From: Lepidodermella squamata
Lineage: Eukaryota; Animalia; Gastrotricha
DNA: 64,000 nucleotides
Direction of reading: 5' to 3'
Assembly: GCA_047495785.1 (NCBI GenBank)
Contig: JBLDXI010000064.1
Span: forward strand, 558,001 to 622,000
Positions within the stretch are counted from its first letter, which is position 1; each line of letters starts with the position of its first letter. Below, piece by piece: positions 42,356-54,059 of the stretch. A program made the translations under genes and the position numbers. The notes under the pieces were generated by a model. It was not told where the DNA came from, did not search any database, and worked only from the letters and a program-made list of their open reading frames with translations.

Positions 42356-45215
42356 ATGTCGGCTAAAGGAACATTGGATAGCCTTTGGGGTGGAACCAAA
42401 AGGCACCAGTCGACGCCGGGCACTGATAACTCTGAAGTTCCTACTGAGATAAAACGGCCGAAGTCTCAAGCTGCGAATAACTCAGAGCGTTTAAATGTTG
42501 TAGTCTCGAACGAAGTTTTCGAAATAGCTGATAGCGGTGAGGCTGATCGTCGGAAGTCGGCTCTCGAGAAGCTAATAGCAGCGACTGCTGGGAAGCGCGA
42601 TTCACATCCGCCTGCTTTCCCCTCGAACGAACTTTTTCAGTCTTGGCTTTCAAAGCAAAGCAGTGGCGAGTATCAAGCTATTTACTGCCGCAAGACCGCT
42701 ACGGATCGAGATGGAAAACTATTTGAGCCGCGTCTATTCTGCGCTCTTTGTCAAATGGGTGATTAATTTTTAAACCTTCATCACTTGATATTTCAATTTC
42801 AATTCAATCATTTTAATTAAATTTTAATCAAAAATTAAATTTGTTTGCTTTGATTTATATTTGATTGAAATTTTGAATAATTTCAATTTTATTTTTAATT
42901 GAATAAATTGTTTTTAAATTAAATTAAATTAAATTAATTTATAAATTTAATTTCAAATAGAATTTTGAGCTTTGAAATTTGAATTTTGAATTTTGAAGTC
43001 GACTTAAAATAGAGATTAAAATTTAATTGAATATTTATTTCATGTAAAAGTCATGTTAGATTTTTTACTTTCAAATTTCAAATTTTTCACAGGAAAAATT
43101 CCAAATTTTTTATAATTTTGATTTTGATTTTTTTTATTCAGGTTTCGATTTACCCAAAAATGTTAGGTATTCTCCTGCTTACGTAGCTGATGGTGCTACC
43201 TGTCATCAGGACCGTAGTTCTATTTGGGATAAATTGAAAGAGCATGTGAAAAGTCAAGCGCACCAAATCTCTTGGAGCAAATTGCTTGAAAAACAGGGTA
43301 ATAAAATCGGCGAGTCCCTTGATAATGCGAAGAAAATTGAAGAGGAACGATTTGATCGAGTGGCTGGTAAAACCATCGTTGTTTTTAATTCTGCCTATTT
43401 CGAGGCAAAGGAGCGTATTGCTTTTGAAAAGCACAACAATTTGTTACTTTTGCAAAAGAAAAATGGCATCAAAGTGGGACGCAAACACGCTTCCAAATGG
43501 TCAGCGAAAGAAATTCAAGTAATCTGATTTTGGTTTTTTCTAAATTTAAATCCAAAAATTCCTATTAATTTGTCAGGTTTTCATTGGGAAAAAAAGGCGT
43601 GATCTAGTGAATTACATTGTCGAAAAATCCCTGAATATATCGGCAATGCTGGATGAATCTACGACTGTTTCGAAGAAGGCAGTTTTAATCGTTTATCTTC
43701 GATTTGCTCCAAGGAACAAAGCTATCACGATGTACTTCTCCCTACTTGAGTTGAAAAAAGCTGACGCGGTCACCATTTGCGAAGTCCTTGAAAAAGCTTT
43801 GAAGGACAACGGATTTACTGAGCAATTTCTCAAAGCCCACTGGATAGGATTGGCTGTCGACGGCGCTAGCGTTATGATGGGAGTGATTGGAGGTGTCGGT
43901 AATTTTAAATCTACTTATTCTGGATCAAAACTCATCTTAATTTGCAATGAGGTAAAATTTTGAAAAGAATTTACGGTCTGCTCTGGATTTTTCATTGCCT
44001 GGCACATCGTCTTGAGCTAGCTGTCCGTGATGCTATTAAAGATAATACTTCGGTGAAAGCTTTCATCTCTTTCGCCAATGCTATTTATCGTTTCTACAGC
44101 CCGTCCCCAGCTCGAATTCAGCAGCTGAAAGAAATCGCCGAGGATTTCGGAGTTGTCGTGAAGACAATGCAGAGGCTTCTCGATGTGAGGTGGGCATATT
44201 CATCTTATGCATCACTGAATGCTCTACAGTGCAACCTCCCTGCGCTGCATGCTCATTTTCTCGATCTTAAAAAGGCTGCTAAATCGGCCAAAGAAAAAGA
44301 GCAGGCCGAAGAGCTATCTTCTCTACTTGAAGCCATGTCAGACTTCCATACAATAAGTCAATTGTGCTTAGTCCATGACCTCCTTAGGGAGCTCATGGTG
44401 CTCAGCAAAAAACTGCAGGCTACTTCAACTTCTGCGGTGAACGTTTGGCCTATGATCAAGGATACCAAAAAGCGTATCAAAAGGTTTAAAAATCATAATG
44501 GTCCGAGCGTCACTCTCCTCTTGGAAGAGCTGGAGGAAACAGGTGAAAGCTACAAATCTATCGTGTTGAAAAATTTTTCCCCAACCGATCTCGAGGTTTT
44601 CGAGCGTAGGCGAGACAGGCTAGTTGACAGCGTTGCTGACGCCATGAAGCAGCGTTTTCAGTCTAGCAAAACTTTCCTGAAACATGCTAGCAAGCTCTTG
44701 CCTGAAAGTTGGCCTAAGGATGAAGATGAGCTGGATACTCACGGTGAGTGCGATGTTTTATATCTTGCTAGCTTTTTCGGCTGGAAGACCGACGAAAGTG
44801 CCATACTCAGAGATCTGAGCTCATGGAAGCGCACTCGAGTTGAGCCAGAAACTGGTCATTTGAGGACACTGCTCAATGATCTTAATGTTTTGCCCGTGGC
44901 TACGGCGGACTGTGAGCGTGGTTTTTCAGAGCTGAACGAAACCAACACCGACAAAAGAAACCAGCTTGATGTTGAAACTACCTCCGGTAAAACTGTATAT
45001 TTATGTCCCTTCTCTAGATTTTATTGCTCTTTCTTCAAGAACTCATGTTCATAAGCCTCAACGGTCCAGAACTCGCCAGCTTTGAAGCGAAGCCATTTGC
45101 GAAAGCTTGGTTCTTGGCTGGTCACGCAGGAAGCTCCGGGGAGCTGCCAGTCGAGCGGAGTAACCTTACCGAGAAAGAGCAGTTCGCCATTGAACTATGG
45201 GGTGATAAAAATTAA
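42356..45215 (+). CDS. hAT transposase (ZNF862/Tip100-like), 5 exons, apparently intact
   Basis: Zn finger FCALC..LKEHVKSQAH; catalytic LDEST and VDGAS; HCLAHRLEL; VRW; dimerisation motif TADCERGFSEL. Introns ~42758-43141, 43519-43576, 43899-43951, 44987-45038 all splice in frame. Confidence 0.88.
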
Positions 45216-45787
45216 TCGAAGAACAGAATCAATGACGAGAGTTGAAAATGTGAACGATATTTTCGTTTGAATAAAAGGATGTAACAGCTTGTGAGACATT
45301 AATGCGAGCGTGCGCAGCACGCGAGCGCAATTTTTTTTAGATGAACTCGCTATCCCCGTCTCATCGAAAAGTCCATCTTCGACACTGCATCCGAGTTCCA
45401 CATGGATCACGAATCACGCACTATATCCACAGACCCTGCAATTAGTTCAGACCCTGAAATTTAATCAAGTGTACGCGCGATTAAGTTTGCAGCTCACATT
45501 GGCTGATTGACCTAAATTCAATTACAGCAACAACACAACTTGCCTGAATCGGTAAGAAATTGTCGAGCGATTAACGAGAAGTCCTAGATCCGGTGATAAC
45601 GCGTCTATGTATGGCTGTTGGCAAGCGGTAACTCTGTCAGGTGTCGTATCAGCCTGGACTTTCAGACGCCTGTCACTTCTCATCAGCATCGGCAACATCA
45701 GAGGGCAAAAAATCGCCAGCACGTGTCGGTTTTATTTAATAAAGAGGTCGGGTTTGATTCTAATATACCTCAGTCGGGCGAAAAATA

Positions 45788-46151
45788 ATGGCGAAAATAT
45801 TATTCTTCAGTTGTGTATTCATCGCGAGCCTAATAACAGTCTTCACAACAGCATCAGCTGCCGAAAACACGGCGAAAGGTATGTTCAATAACAGGAAATG
45901 CATCGGATGTGATTCACGTTTTAGCTATCAACTTTTCAGTTAAATACCAACGTATCATCTCGGCGATATCTGCACTCTTCATCCGCTATCGCATGCATTT
46001 GCTCGACAGGTGCTTCGAACGCTACGGAGGTGCAGCCGCCAGGGCCATTCCGTTGTTTACCCGGCTGTGCTATCGCGACGCCAACCAGCACCTGCTGCAG
46101 ACTTCCGCCGCAATTCGAGCCGATAAAAGCGCGCCTCATTCTTCTTCTTAG
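45788..46151 (+). CDS. Small secreted peptide precursor with Cys-x18-Cys loop (member A)
   Basis: MAKILFFSCVFIASLITVFTTASA signal; phase-1 intron 45879-45939; ..DRCFERYGGAAARAIPLFTRLCYR.. Confidence 0.7.
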
Positions 46152-46291
46152 AATTGGACTGTTTTTTGTGTACTAACTACTCATTTTTTGCGACGTTCGT
46201 GGGAAATTTGAGAATAAAACACAACAGCTTATAAAGGCGTTTTTTCAATGGGCTATTTTGTATTTTCCATATTTTCACTTTCTAGAAAAAG

Positions 46292-46707
46292 ATGCCTCGA
46301 GTTTTGGCTACTCTTCTCGCTATCGCCTTGCTTTTCGGTCTGGCTGCTTGCGGCTCTGAGGACAACAATTCAACCACATCTTCTAAAGATGTCAAGCTCA
46401 ACTACAGCAAAATCAGTGAGTTTTCGAATCATTCCTGCCTCAATTTTTCTATGATTGCCTATTCATAGAGAACGATTTTCAACGGTTGTGGAAGCAGGAA
46501 TTGCAGCGTAAATCTAGCGAGCAGATATTGCAGAACCTGCTCTCAACGCTGGCGACTGCGTTGGAGAAACGCGAGCGTGAAAAAGCCACGGAGCGGTGCT
46601 TCGAGCAGCTGGGCGGCGAGCAGGCGAGAGCTGTTGTGCTGTTTCAACGCATTTGCGCCCATGGTGAAATTGCTGTTGATCGACGGGCGCCGTTCTCGCG
46701 TAATTGA
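46292..46707 (+). CDS. Small secreted peptide precursor with Cys-x18-Cys loop (member B)
   Basis: MPRVLATLLAIALLFGLAACG signal; phase-1 intron 46416-46468; ..EKR-EREKATERCFEQLGGEQARAVVLFQRICAHG..DRR. Confidence 0.72.
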
Positions 46708-47524
46708 GACCGAGTTTCATAGACAATCATTTCAATTTGCGATCGAGTCATTCTAAAACTGTCGTCGACGACCTCTCATAATAAACTGACATTTTTCTGG
46801 CTTTTAGCCTATAAAAGAGATGAGCTATTTCCACTAGATAATTTCGGGAGAATTTTAGGGATTTTATCGCAAATCTGAAATGTTACAATAGGCAATAGGC
46901 AGCACAGAAGGTCTCCTGGGATTTTCTCCAACTGGTTTTTGACCTACCTTAAAACTTTTACGAAATCTCACACCTCAGTCATTTTGAATGCGCAACGCTT
47001 CGTTAGTAACGGTGGATTGTCTTCGTCCTAACAAAGATAGACGCTCTTATTAACAGCTGCCCATTATAGCTTGTTTGTTACTACTTTGAAGAAAAACCGA
47101 CGTGGTTAAATTATCAGCACTCTATAATCTCAGAGTTTGTCTGAAAGTTTTCGATGAGAGGGGGAGTCGCCACTTCATCTAGCCTATTAGCCGTGGTTAT
47201 TTTAGTTTAATTGCTTTGTTGACTGTACAAATTCCGATTATGAAACTGCGGTTATATTTAGCGGCCGCAGCGGAATATCTGGCGGAAGCAAAAAATTGCG
47301 GTAATGTTTTCAATCAGCCTCCAATACGCTCTAATTGAGATAAAAACACTGTCATCTCGCCTGCCTGTCTTTAGGATAGGAAGGTTTAGGTGGGTTCAGG
47401 GTCGCTGCTCGTTGTTCTCGTAGGCTCTGTAAAACGATCATCAGAGCTCGGAAAATTTTTGACATTCGCTTTGACGAAAAAATTAAGTGAAATAAGAAAT
47501 CAGGTAAAAAGTAAAACAGAAATG

Positions 47525-47829
47525 ATCATTGTGTTTGAGGTTGTAAGTTGAAAAAAATCCGCACGCTGATTGGTCAGTTGGCTCGTATCCATGACTCCGC
47601 CTTGCTACTTGATCGTGCAATCTATATAATTTGTGGCTTTTATTATTTTTATGAAGGCCGTATCGTAGCACGCGTTTCCAACAAATGCGTAAAACCATTC
47701 ATAAAAAGATATTTTTTGCAAACATTTTATGGATGGCACGATCAAGTAGCAAGGCGGAGTCATGGATACGAGCCAACTGACCAATCAGCGTGCGGATTTT
47801 TTTCAACCTACAACCTCAAACACAATGAT
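47525..47829. mobile_element. MITE with ~95-bp near-perfect terminal inverted repeats
   Basis: ATCATTGTGTTTGAGGTTGTAAGTTGAAAAAAATCCGCACGCTGATTGG... mirrored at 47737-47829; TSD ambiguous (TGA or ATGAT). Confidence 0.85.
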
Positions 47830-49228
47830 GATTAAGGTTGAGTTGCTATTTCTATATATATCATAAGAATCAAGTTAAATCGAGTGTGGACGGTGGACAA
47901 CGGAAATATTGATGAATTGATCGAGAAATGGCCGGAATCTTTTAACTTAGGAACATCTCAGATGATATCGAATTTTCGAGCCAATCAACAACTCGACACT
48001 CGAATTTAGGCAGTGCATCCTTCCTTTCGCGACGGCGCTTGCTCGCCAATTTCAACATCTGCACCACCTCGGCTTTTGCCTCGGCGATTTAACTCACGCC
48101 CACGTCTCAGCTTTCTTCCACCTCTATCATCCATAAGGAATTCAAGCAGTGCCTGTGCTTGAATCCTTAATATTCGCCACTTCAATCGCCGACTCGGGGG
48201 AGTGTTCTTTCAAGTAATTCCAGCAGCCAACAAGGGTGGGCCTTCCGCTACCTGGAGCGAGCCGCCTCACAGCGAATTCCTCACGGACTACCGATCCCTT
48301 TTTTCGTTGCCTTGGAATCTTCCGTCTGCCGACTTGGATCAGCACTGAGTCGCATGGTCAGCCATTTCGATAACTCCGAACTGTGACACCAGACGTAGAT
48401 GCGTTCGTCCTTCGTCCGGACATTCGAATCCATTCTAAAGATAAATATTCTGTAGAGCACTCTAAAAATAACTCACCCAAATACGACCGTGCTGCTGAGC
48501 AAATATATTTGAAACAGATTATTGATCCTAATGGCATGATTGCATGGACCACTTCATTAATACTTGAACTGCCGAAAATAGACTGCGAGATCGATATTTG
48601 AATCTAAATCCTGGGACTGTCAAAAGCCGTTTGGGTCAGCGATACGTCGTAGGGCAAAATCTAGGCCATGACCCAGCGGTTTAGGGTTTGAGGCTAACGA
48701 CTTCGAGGAACGCACAGAAATCAACTTGCAAAAATAGTGAAATTTCGATTGTTGCGCTATAATCTATAATAAATTATCCAGACGCCATAACATGGGTCCA
48801 ATAATTAGGTCCAATTCTTGGGTCTGGTTTTTGCTCTAATCCAAAATTTCGAATTGAGTCACGTGGTTTCATCAGCATTCCTTCGGCATCACTCTGCATC
48901 ATTGATTTAGGCAATTTCGCCAACTGGCTCAACGTCCTCTGCATCAGAGACGACATGCTCCAGAAGCTCAATGGAAGCTTTTTCATTCACAAATAGCTTT
49001 TTGCGCTCACGGAAACTTTGTAGGAGGCAGTTATCAATTGTGATAACCTGCCCCAAGATTTTCACGAGTCCATTTTGAGCGCCGAAAACAACGACGCCTA
49101 TCATCTTCTTATCATCGCGCAAAAAAATCGATCGGGTTGCTCTACAGAACCAGTGTTGTATCCCCACTTTCTTTTCCACGAGTTTTTATGGTTGCATGCC
49201 GCGGCTTGGCAGCTCTACACGACCTACG

Positions 49229-49384
49229 ATTTAGTGTAAGTTCGTACCGGAAAATTCATATCGTGATTCTAATCCTCGCATTGTATTGGGTATGAAAAAA
49301 TCACTAAAAATGTTATGAAAAGATAACCACTTTTGGTACGAAATGACAGCGGTACGAAATTGCGGGTACGAAGTTACACTTTAC
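49229..49384. mobile_element. Tiny Mutator-like MITE
   Basis: Imperfect TIR (AGTGTAAGTTCGTACC / GGTACGAAGTTACACT); 9-bp TSD CGACCTACG (49220-49228, 49385-49393). Confidence 0.75.
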
Positions 49385-49903
49385 CGACCTACGACGGCGG
49401 GAGTTCCGTATTCTCTAATATTAACATCACATGCCTACGGTGGACGAAAAATAAAACTGATTCATTTTGGTCATATTTGGTCATTCATTCATTAACAATA
49501 TTAAGATTTTGTTATCTTCGGACCCTTATGAAATATCTCGTATGACTTTCAAGTGTAAGTGTTAACTTTTGTCGCCCTGTCAATTTTAGGAGTTCACCGC
49601 CAACTGTCAAAAGTCAAAAGCCGCTAAGCTGAAGGAAGTAATTACACGCTGCAGTAGCCACATAGCAGTTGACATCGTGGAGAACAAGGCGGTTTTTTGC
49701 ATTTTCACGAAACTATCGTTGGCTGCAAGACGAATTTCGGGAACGATTTTCTTGAACTCTAGATGCTGCTAAATCGACAGAGAACACTTATTCGTAATTG
49801 AGAGTGAATAAAGAGAATAAATAATTGTATTTTGCACTTGGATAACATTCGAGAAAAAGTAAATTTGTTGAATCAAAAATCCTTTTCCGTGATTCCGCTG
49901 GTT

Positions 49904-51668
49904 TCAACAATATAACGTTGATCGACTTGCTCCCCGCGATCTCAGCAAATCAGCAACATCGACTTTCGTATTGCAAATTGCGATATCAAAAGCTGTGTTA
50001 AAGCCGAATAAACTTCTAGCATCCTTATTTGCTCTATCCAGCAACAGTCGAGCTACTTCGACTTGCCCGTAGTGAGCCGCAAACATCAGCGCTGTCCAGC
50101 CAAAGTCGGACGTGGCCTCGATGGCCGCCCCGCGATCCAGCAACAGTCGAGCTACTTCGACTGTCCCATTCGCAGCCGCATACATCAACGCTGTCATGCC
50201 ACCGTTATTCTTGACCTCGATGGCAGCCCCGCGATCCAGCAACAGTAAAGCAACTTCATCTCGCCCATTTGCAGCTGCTATCATCAATGCCGTCAAGCCC
50301 TGTATAGTTTTAGCATCAATGGCAGCGTTGCGATCCAGCAACAGTCGAGCTACTTCGGCTGTCCCATTCCAAGTCGAATACAGCAACGCCGTCCAGCCAT
50401 CAGTATCCTTTGCCTCGATTAAAGCATTGCGATCCAACAACAGTCGAACGACTTCGACTTGGCCATCCGCAGCCGCAACGATCAACGCCGTTTTGCCATT
50501 GTTATTCTTAGCCTCGATGGCAGCGTTGCGATCCAACAACAGTCGAGCCAATTCGACGGTCCCATTCTGAGCCGCAAACATCAACGCCGTCCAGCCATTG
50601 TTATTCTTTGCTTCGATATAGGCCCCGCGATCCAGCAGCAGTCGAGCCAATTCGACGGTCCCATTCTGAGCCGCAAACATCAACGCCGTCCAGCCATTGT
50701 TATTCTTTGCTTCGATATAGGCCCCGCGATCCAGCAGCAGTCGAGCTACTTCGACTGTCTCACTATAAGCCGAAAACATCAACGCCGTCCAGCCATTGTT
50801 ATTCTTTGCTTCGATATAGGCCCCGCGATCCAGCAACAGTCGAACCACTTCGACTCGCCCATACTGAGCCGCATACATCAGCGCCGACCTGCCAATTTTG
50901 GACTTGGCCTCGATGGCGGCTTTCCGATCAAGCAGCAGTTGTACCATTTCGACACGCCCTTTTATTGCCGCAAAAATCAACGCAGTCCAGCCATTGCTAT
51001 CCTTGGCCTCGATGGCAGCGTTGCGATCCAGCAACAGTCGAACTACTTCGACTTTCCCATACTCAGCCGCATACATCAACGCCGTCAAGCCATCGCTATC
51101 CTTGGCCTCGATGGCAGCGTTGCGATCCAGCAACAGTCGAACTACTTCGACTTGCCCCTTCCCAGCCGCAATCATCAACGCCGTCCAGCCATCGTTATTC
51201 CTGGCCTCGATGGCACCGTTGCGATCCAGCAACAGTAAAGCAACTTCATCTCGCCCATTTGCAGCTGCTATCATCAATGCCGTCAAGCCATCACTATTCT
51301 TTGCCTCGATGGAAGCCCCCTGATCCAACAACAGTTGAGCTAATTCGACTTGCCCATTCTTAGCCGCAATCATCAACACTGTCCAGCCAGAGTTATCCTC
51401 CCTGTCATTCACATTAGCTCCACGTTCAATGAAAAGCTGAACAATTTGCAGTCGCTGGTCTGATTGGCTCCGATTGCACAATACACTGTGCAGCAGGGTG
51501 CCATTTGTCATAGTCAAACCACCACAGTCAATCGTCTTTTCGTTGCGCCAGTTCGGGTCGAATTTGCCGCCAGGGGATTCGTCGATCTCCGCAACGAGTT
51601 GCCGCACCTGCGCCACGTCGCCCGCCTTGGCTGTTGCATTCCACAACTGATCGTAAAGTTCACGAATC
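49904..51668 (-). CDS. Ankyrin repeat protein (~15 repeats in one large exon; true start probably in upstream exon(s))
   Basis: 33-aa repeats GWTALMFAAQNGTVELARLLLDRGAYIEAKNNN; 99-bp nucleotide periodicity; acceptor tatag near 51669. Confidence 0.92.
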
Positions 51669-51991
51669 TATATGTCATAAACAAAAATTGGGTTTCTATT
51701 AGGATCGAATATTTGAGATGAAATTGAAGCTGAAGCTGAAACGGAGGATGATCCTGTTGATCGCCTACCTCTTGGCTTGCACTTTCGCAATATTTCAGTT
51801 TCCCCTATATAATTATGATTTTTCTTCGCCAATAAGTAGTTCTATCCAGGGCTCAGACAGTTGTTGTGGTAATTATCGCAAAAAAAGCATTTCTTCTCGA
51901 ATCAAGCTATCAATATTATTATTGACGTTATTAATTTTACCTCGAATCAAGGCATCGAGTAATTTGGTAACAGTAAAAGATGATAGACATT

Positions 51992-52440
51992 TCACGATAG
52001 CTCATGAGCGTGACGTCGACATTTCACGATAGACGTCTCCCTGAACCCTGAACGTAATCGTAATAAGGAAACACTCGAGCATCCGAGAGACAGTGGAGTT
52101 GCGAGATCAGTGATCCGACTAGGTCTGAGCGCTGAGGGGGTACGCAAAAAGTGATTAAATACATCTCGGTCGCAAACTTTGTTCGCTCCCATTGGCAGCT
52201 TATCTCTATATTTACTACTAAAACTAAAGGCCGCACACAAATAAACGCCGCAGAAAACATCCTGTTTGTGTTGAATATCAGTAATATTAAATTTAAACAA
52301 ACCAGCCATGAGTAGTTGTTCGGTCCTGCTGGATCCACAGCTATGGGGTTCACATAATCGCCTTCAGTTTTACCTTGAGCAGCAACCAATCCGGATGCCA
52401 GCCCAAGGAAACCGATTACGATTGCCAAGTAGAGACGCAT
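51992..52440 (-). CDS. Putative secreted protein 5' exons (may be the ankyrin gene's 5' end or a separate gene)
   Basis: Clear signal peptide MRLYLAIVIGFLGLASGLVAA; plausible intron ~52302-52262; downstream structure unresolved. Confidence 0.4.
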
Positions 52441-53321
52441 TTTGAAAATTAAACAAGAAAACTGAGCTTTCAAATAAGAATTTTCTCTTGCTCGGGTGTT
52501 ACGTGCTACGTTTTTTTTCGTTCAAGTATTTTTATTATATATCAAGTCTGAAGTCGTGCCGTGTTTTTTTCTCCTTTTGTAATATTGATGAGTAACGCAT
52601 GAGTAATAAATTATTCAGATCCTTTGTTTACAAATTCCCACTCATATATCAAAAACATCCTGTTAGGATCAGTCGTTTCATTTTCATGACGGTGGCGATT
52701 ATACTCAATCGTGATTGCGAAGAGGAGCGTAACAACCTCTCATTTGGTGTAAGGTGTAAGGTAGCTGTTGAGTTTCGAGGCGAAGAAACGGTGGCTAGCG
52801 GTCAACACCGATCAACAAGGTAATGAACGACAAAACCACGAGGGTTTCCCCACAGAATCCCTGTCCTTGTCATTGCAACCATCGTTTTCTCTCCAAATTG
52901 AATACAATTTACACCGTTTTCAGCCGAAATTTCGGAGAATATTATTGAGCGGAGAATATGGGCCTAAGGCTCATCAATAGTACAAATAGTAAGAATCTGC
53001 TGTTCATTGTTTTACAAAAAGTATTCATTGCTGTTAGGGTAGATTTGAGATTTTAAGGCTGTACTATATATTTGTTAGCTATGTTTCAGTTTTTTGCTTA
53101 CATTTTGCTGGGTAATTTTACGATAATAACAGCTGCTAACAAAGGCTAGATAAAACCTTCTTCGTGTGCGCGTAAACTTGCAGCTTTCTTTGAAGAGTAT
53201 TTTTCCTATTATTCTAAGTTTTATTCGTGTTTATTTCTCTGTTTGTAAACAGGAAAATATAAAGGCTCGAGCACAGGGTGAACAGGCGCTTGTCAGTGAC
53301 AGTGCGCAAGAGACGCTATTA

Positions 53322-53649
53322 CAGGGTGTTTCATAAAAAACTGTACGAGATGAGCCTTATATTAGCATGCATAGAAAATATAGGAAAAGTACTGCCGTTA
53401 TCGATTTTCCATGCGCCATTTTATTTTTGCTGTGTCGCGGGGAGAAAAAAAGCGGCAAGAATGCGGCATTTCTACGGTGAAAACGTGGCATCTTACGGTG
53501 TGTTTACGGTGAATTCACGGTTAACCTGCGGTCAATTTCTGTGATATTTAGCCTAAAATATCCTCGAGGATAAAGATTAGCGCAAAAAATCGATATCGCG
53601 CAGCAGCAGTACATTTTTATAGGAGTTCGGTTTTTTATGAAACACCCTC
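53322..53649. mobile_element. Tc1/mariner-like MITE
   Basis: TA-CAGGGTGTTTCATAAAAAAC ... GTTTTTTATGAAACACCCT; right end degenerate. Confidence 0.65.
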
Positions 53650-53667
53650 ATCTTAGGCCGGATTTTG

Positions 53668-53854
53668 CGGAGTCAAAGTCCAACTACGTGTTGCTCTGAT
53701 GGTCGATATGATAGCATCAATGGGATCAATGGGGCTTGGCAGCACGCGATTCTATCAATTGATTAACATAGTGTGAAAAAAAATCACACCCACCAACCCG
53801 ACCAGCCCCACTATCGCGACCGACCCAGCAACAAGTTGTTGGACTTCGACACTG
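53668..53854. mobile_element. hAT-related MITE
   Basis: Right end reads CAGTGTCGAAGTCCAACAACTTGTTGCT on the minus strand; degenerate left end CGGAGTCAAAGTCCAACTACGTGTTGCT; shares CAGTGTCGAAG with the autonomous hAT. No TSD visible. Confidence 0.55.
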
Positions 53855-54059
53855 CATATCCAGACTAAGATGCTGTAAGTAGGCACATTGAAGAATATAT
53901 CTGACAAAAGAAATGGGGCGACATAGAGAGAGATAGAGAAAGAGATAGATAGTTTGGTTATAAAGGTCGAAGAGGAACGACGGAACATTGAGATGAGAAA
54001 AGAAACAGATGACGGATCACATGGGAGCAGGAGGCGGGCCCTGTGGCAGACGAGAGTTC

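Larger units (their letters stand above)
41702..45387 (+). mobile_element. Full-length hAT-superfamily DNA transposon
   Basis: Perfect 14-bp TIRs CAGTGTCGAAGATG (41702) / CATCTTCGACACTG (45374-45387); perfect 8-bp TSD CATCCGAG (41694-41701, 45388-45395). Confidence 0.95.

Noticed and set aside
46292-46360. LAAC-GS looks like a bacterial lipobox, suggesting HGT or contamination
   Set aside because: The gene has a spliceosomal intron and a paralogue without this motif; most likely a coincidental signal-peptide end.
47527-47827. CATTGTG/CACAATG termini with a possible 5-bp TSD as a Transib/RAG-like element
   Set aside because: The heptamer is in the opposite orientation to Transib ends (which begin CAC), and the TSD assignment is ambiguous.
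50029-51363. Long + strand ORFs (259, 251, 152 aa)
   Set aside because: Antisense shadows of the repetitive ankyrin coding sequence.
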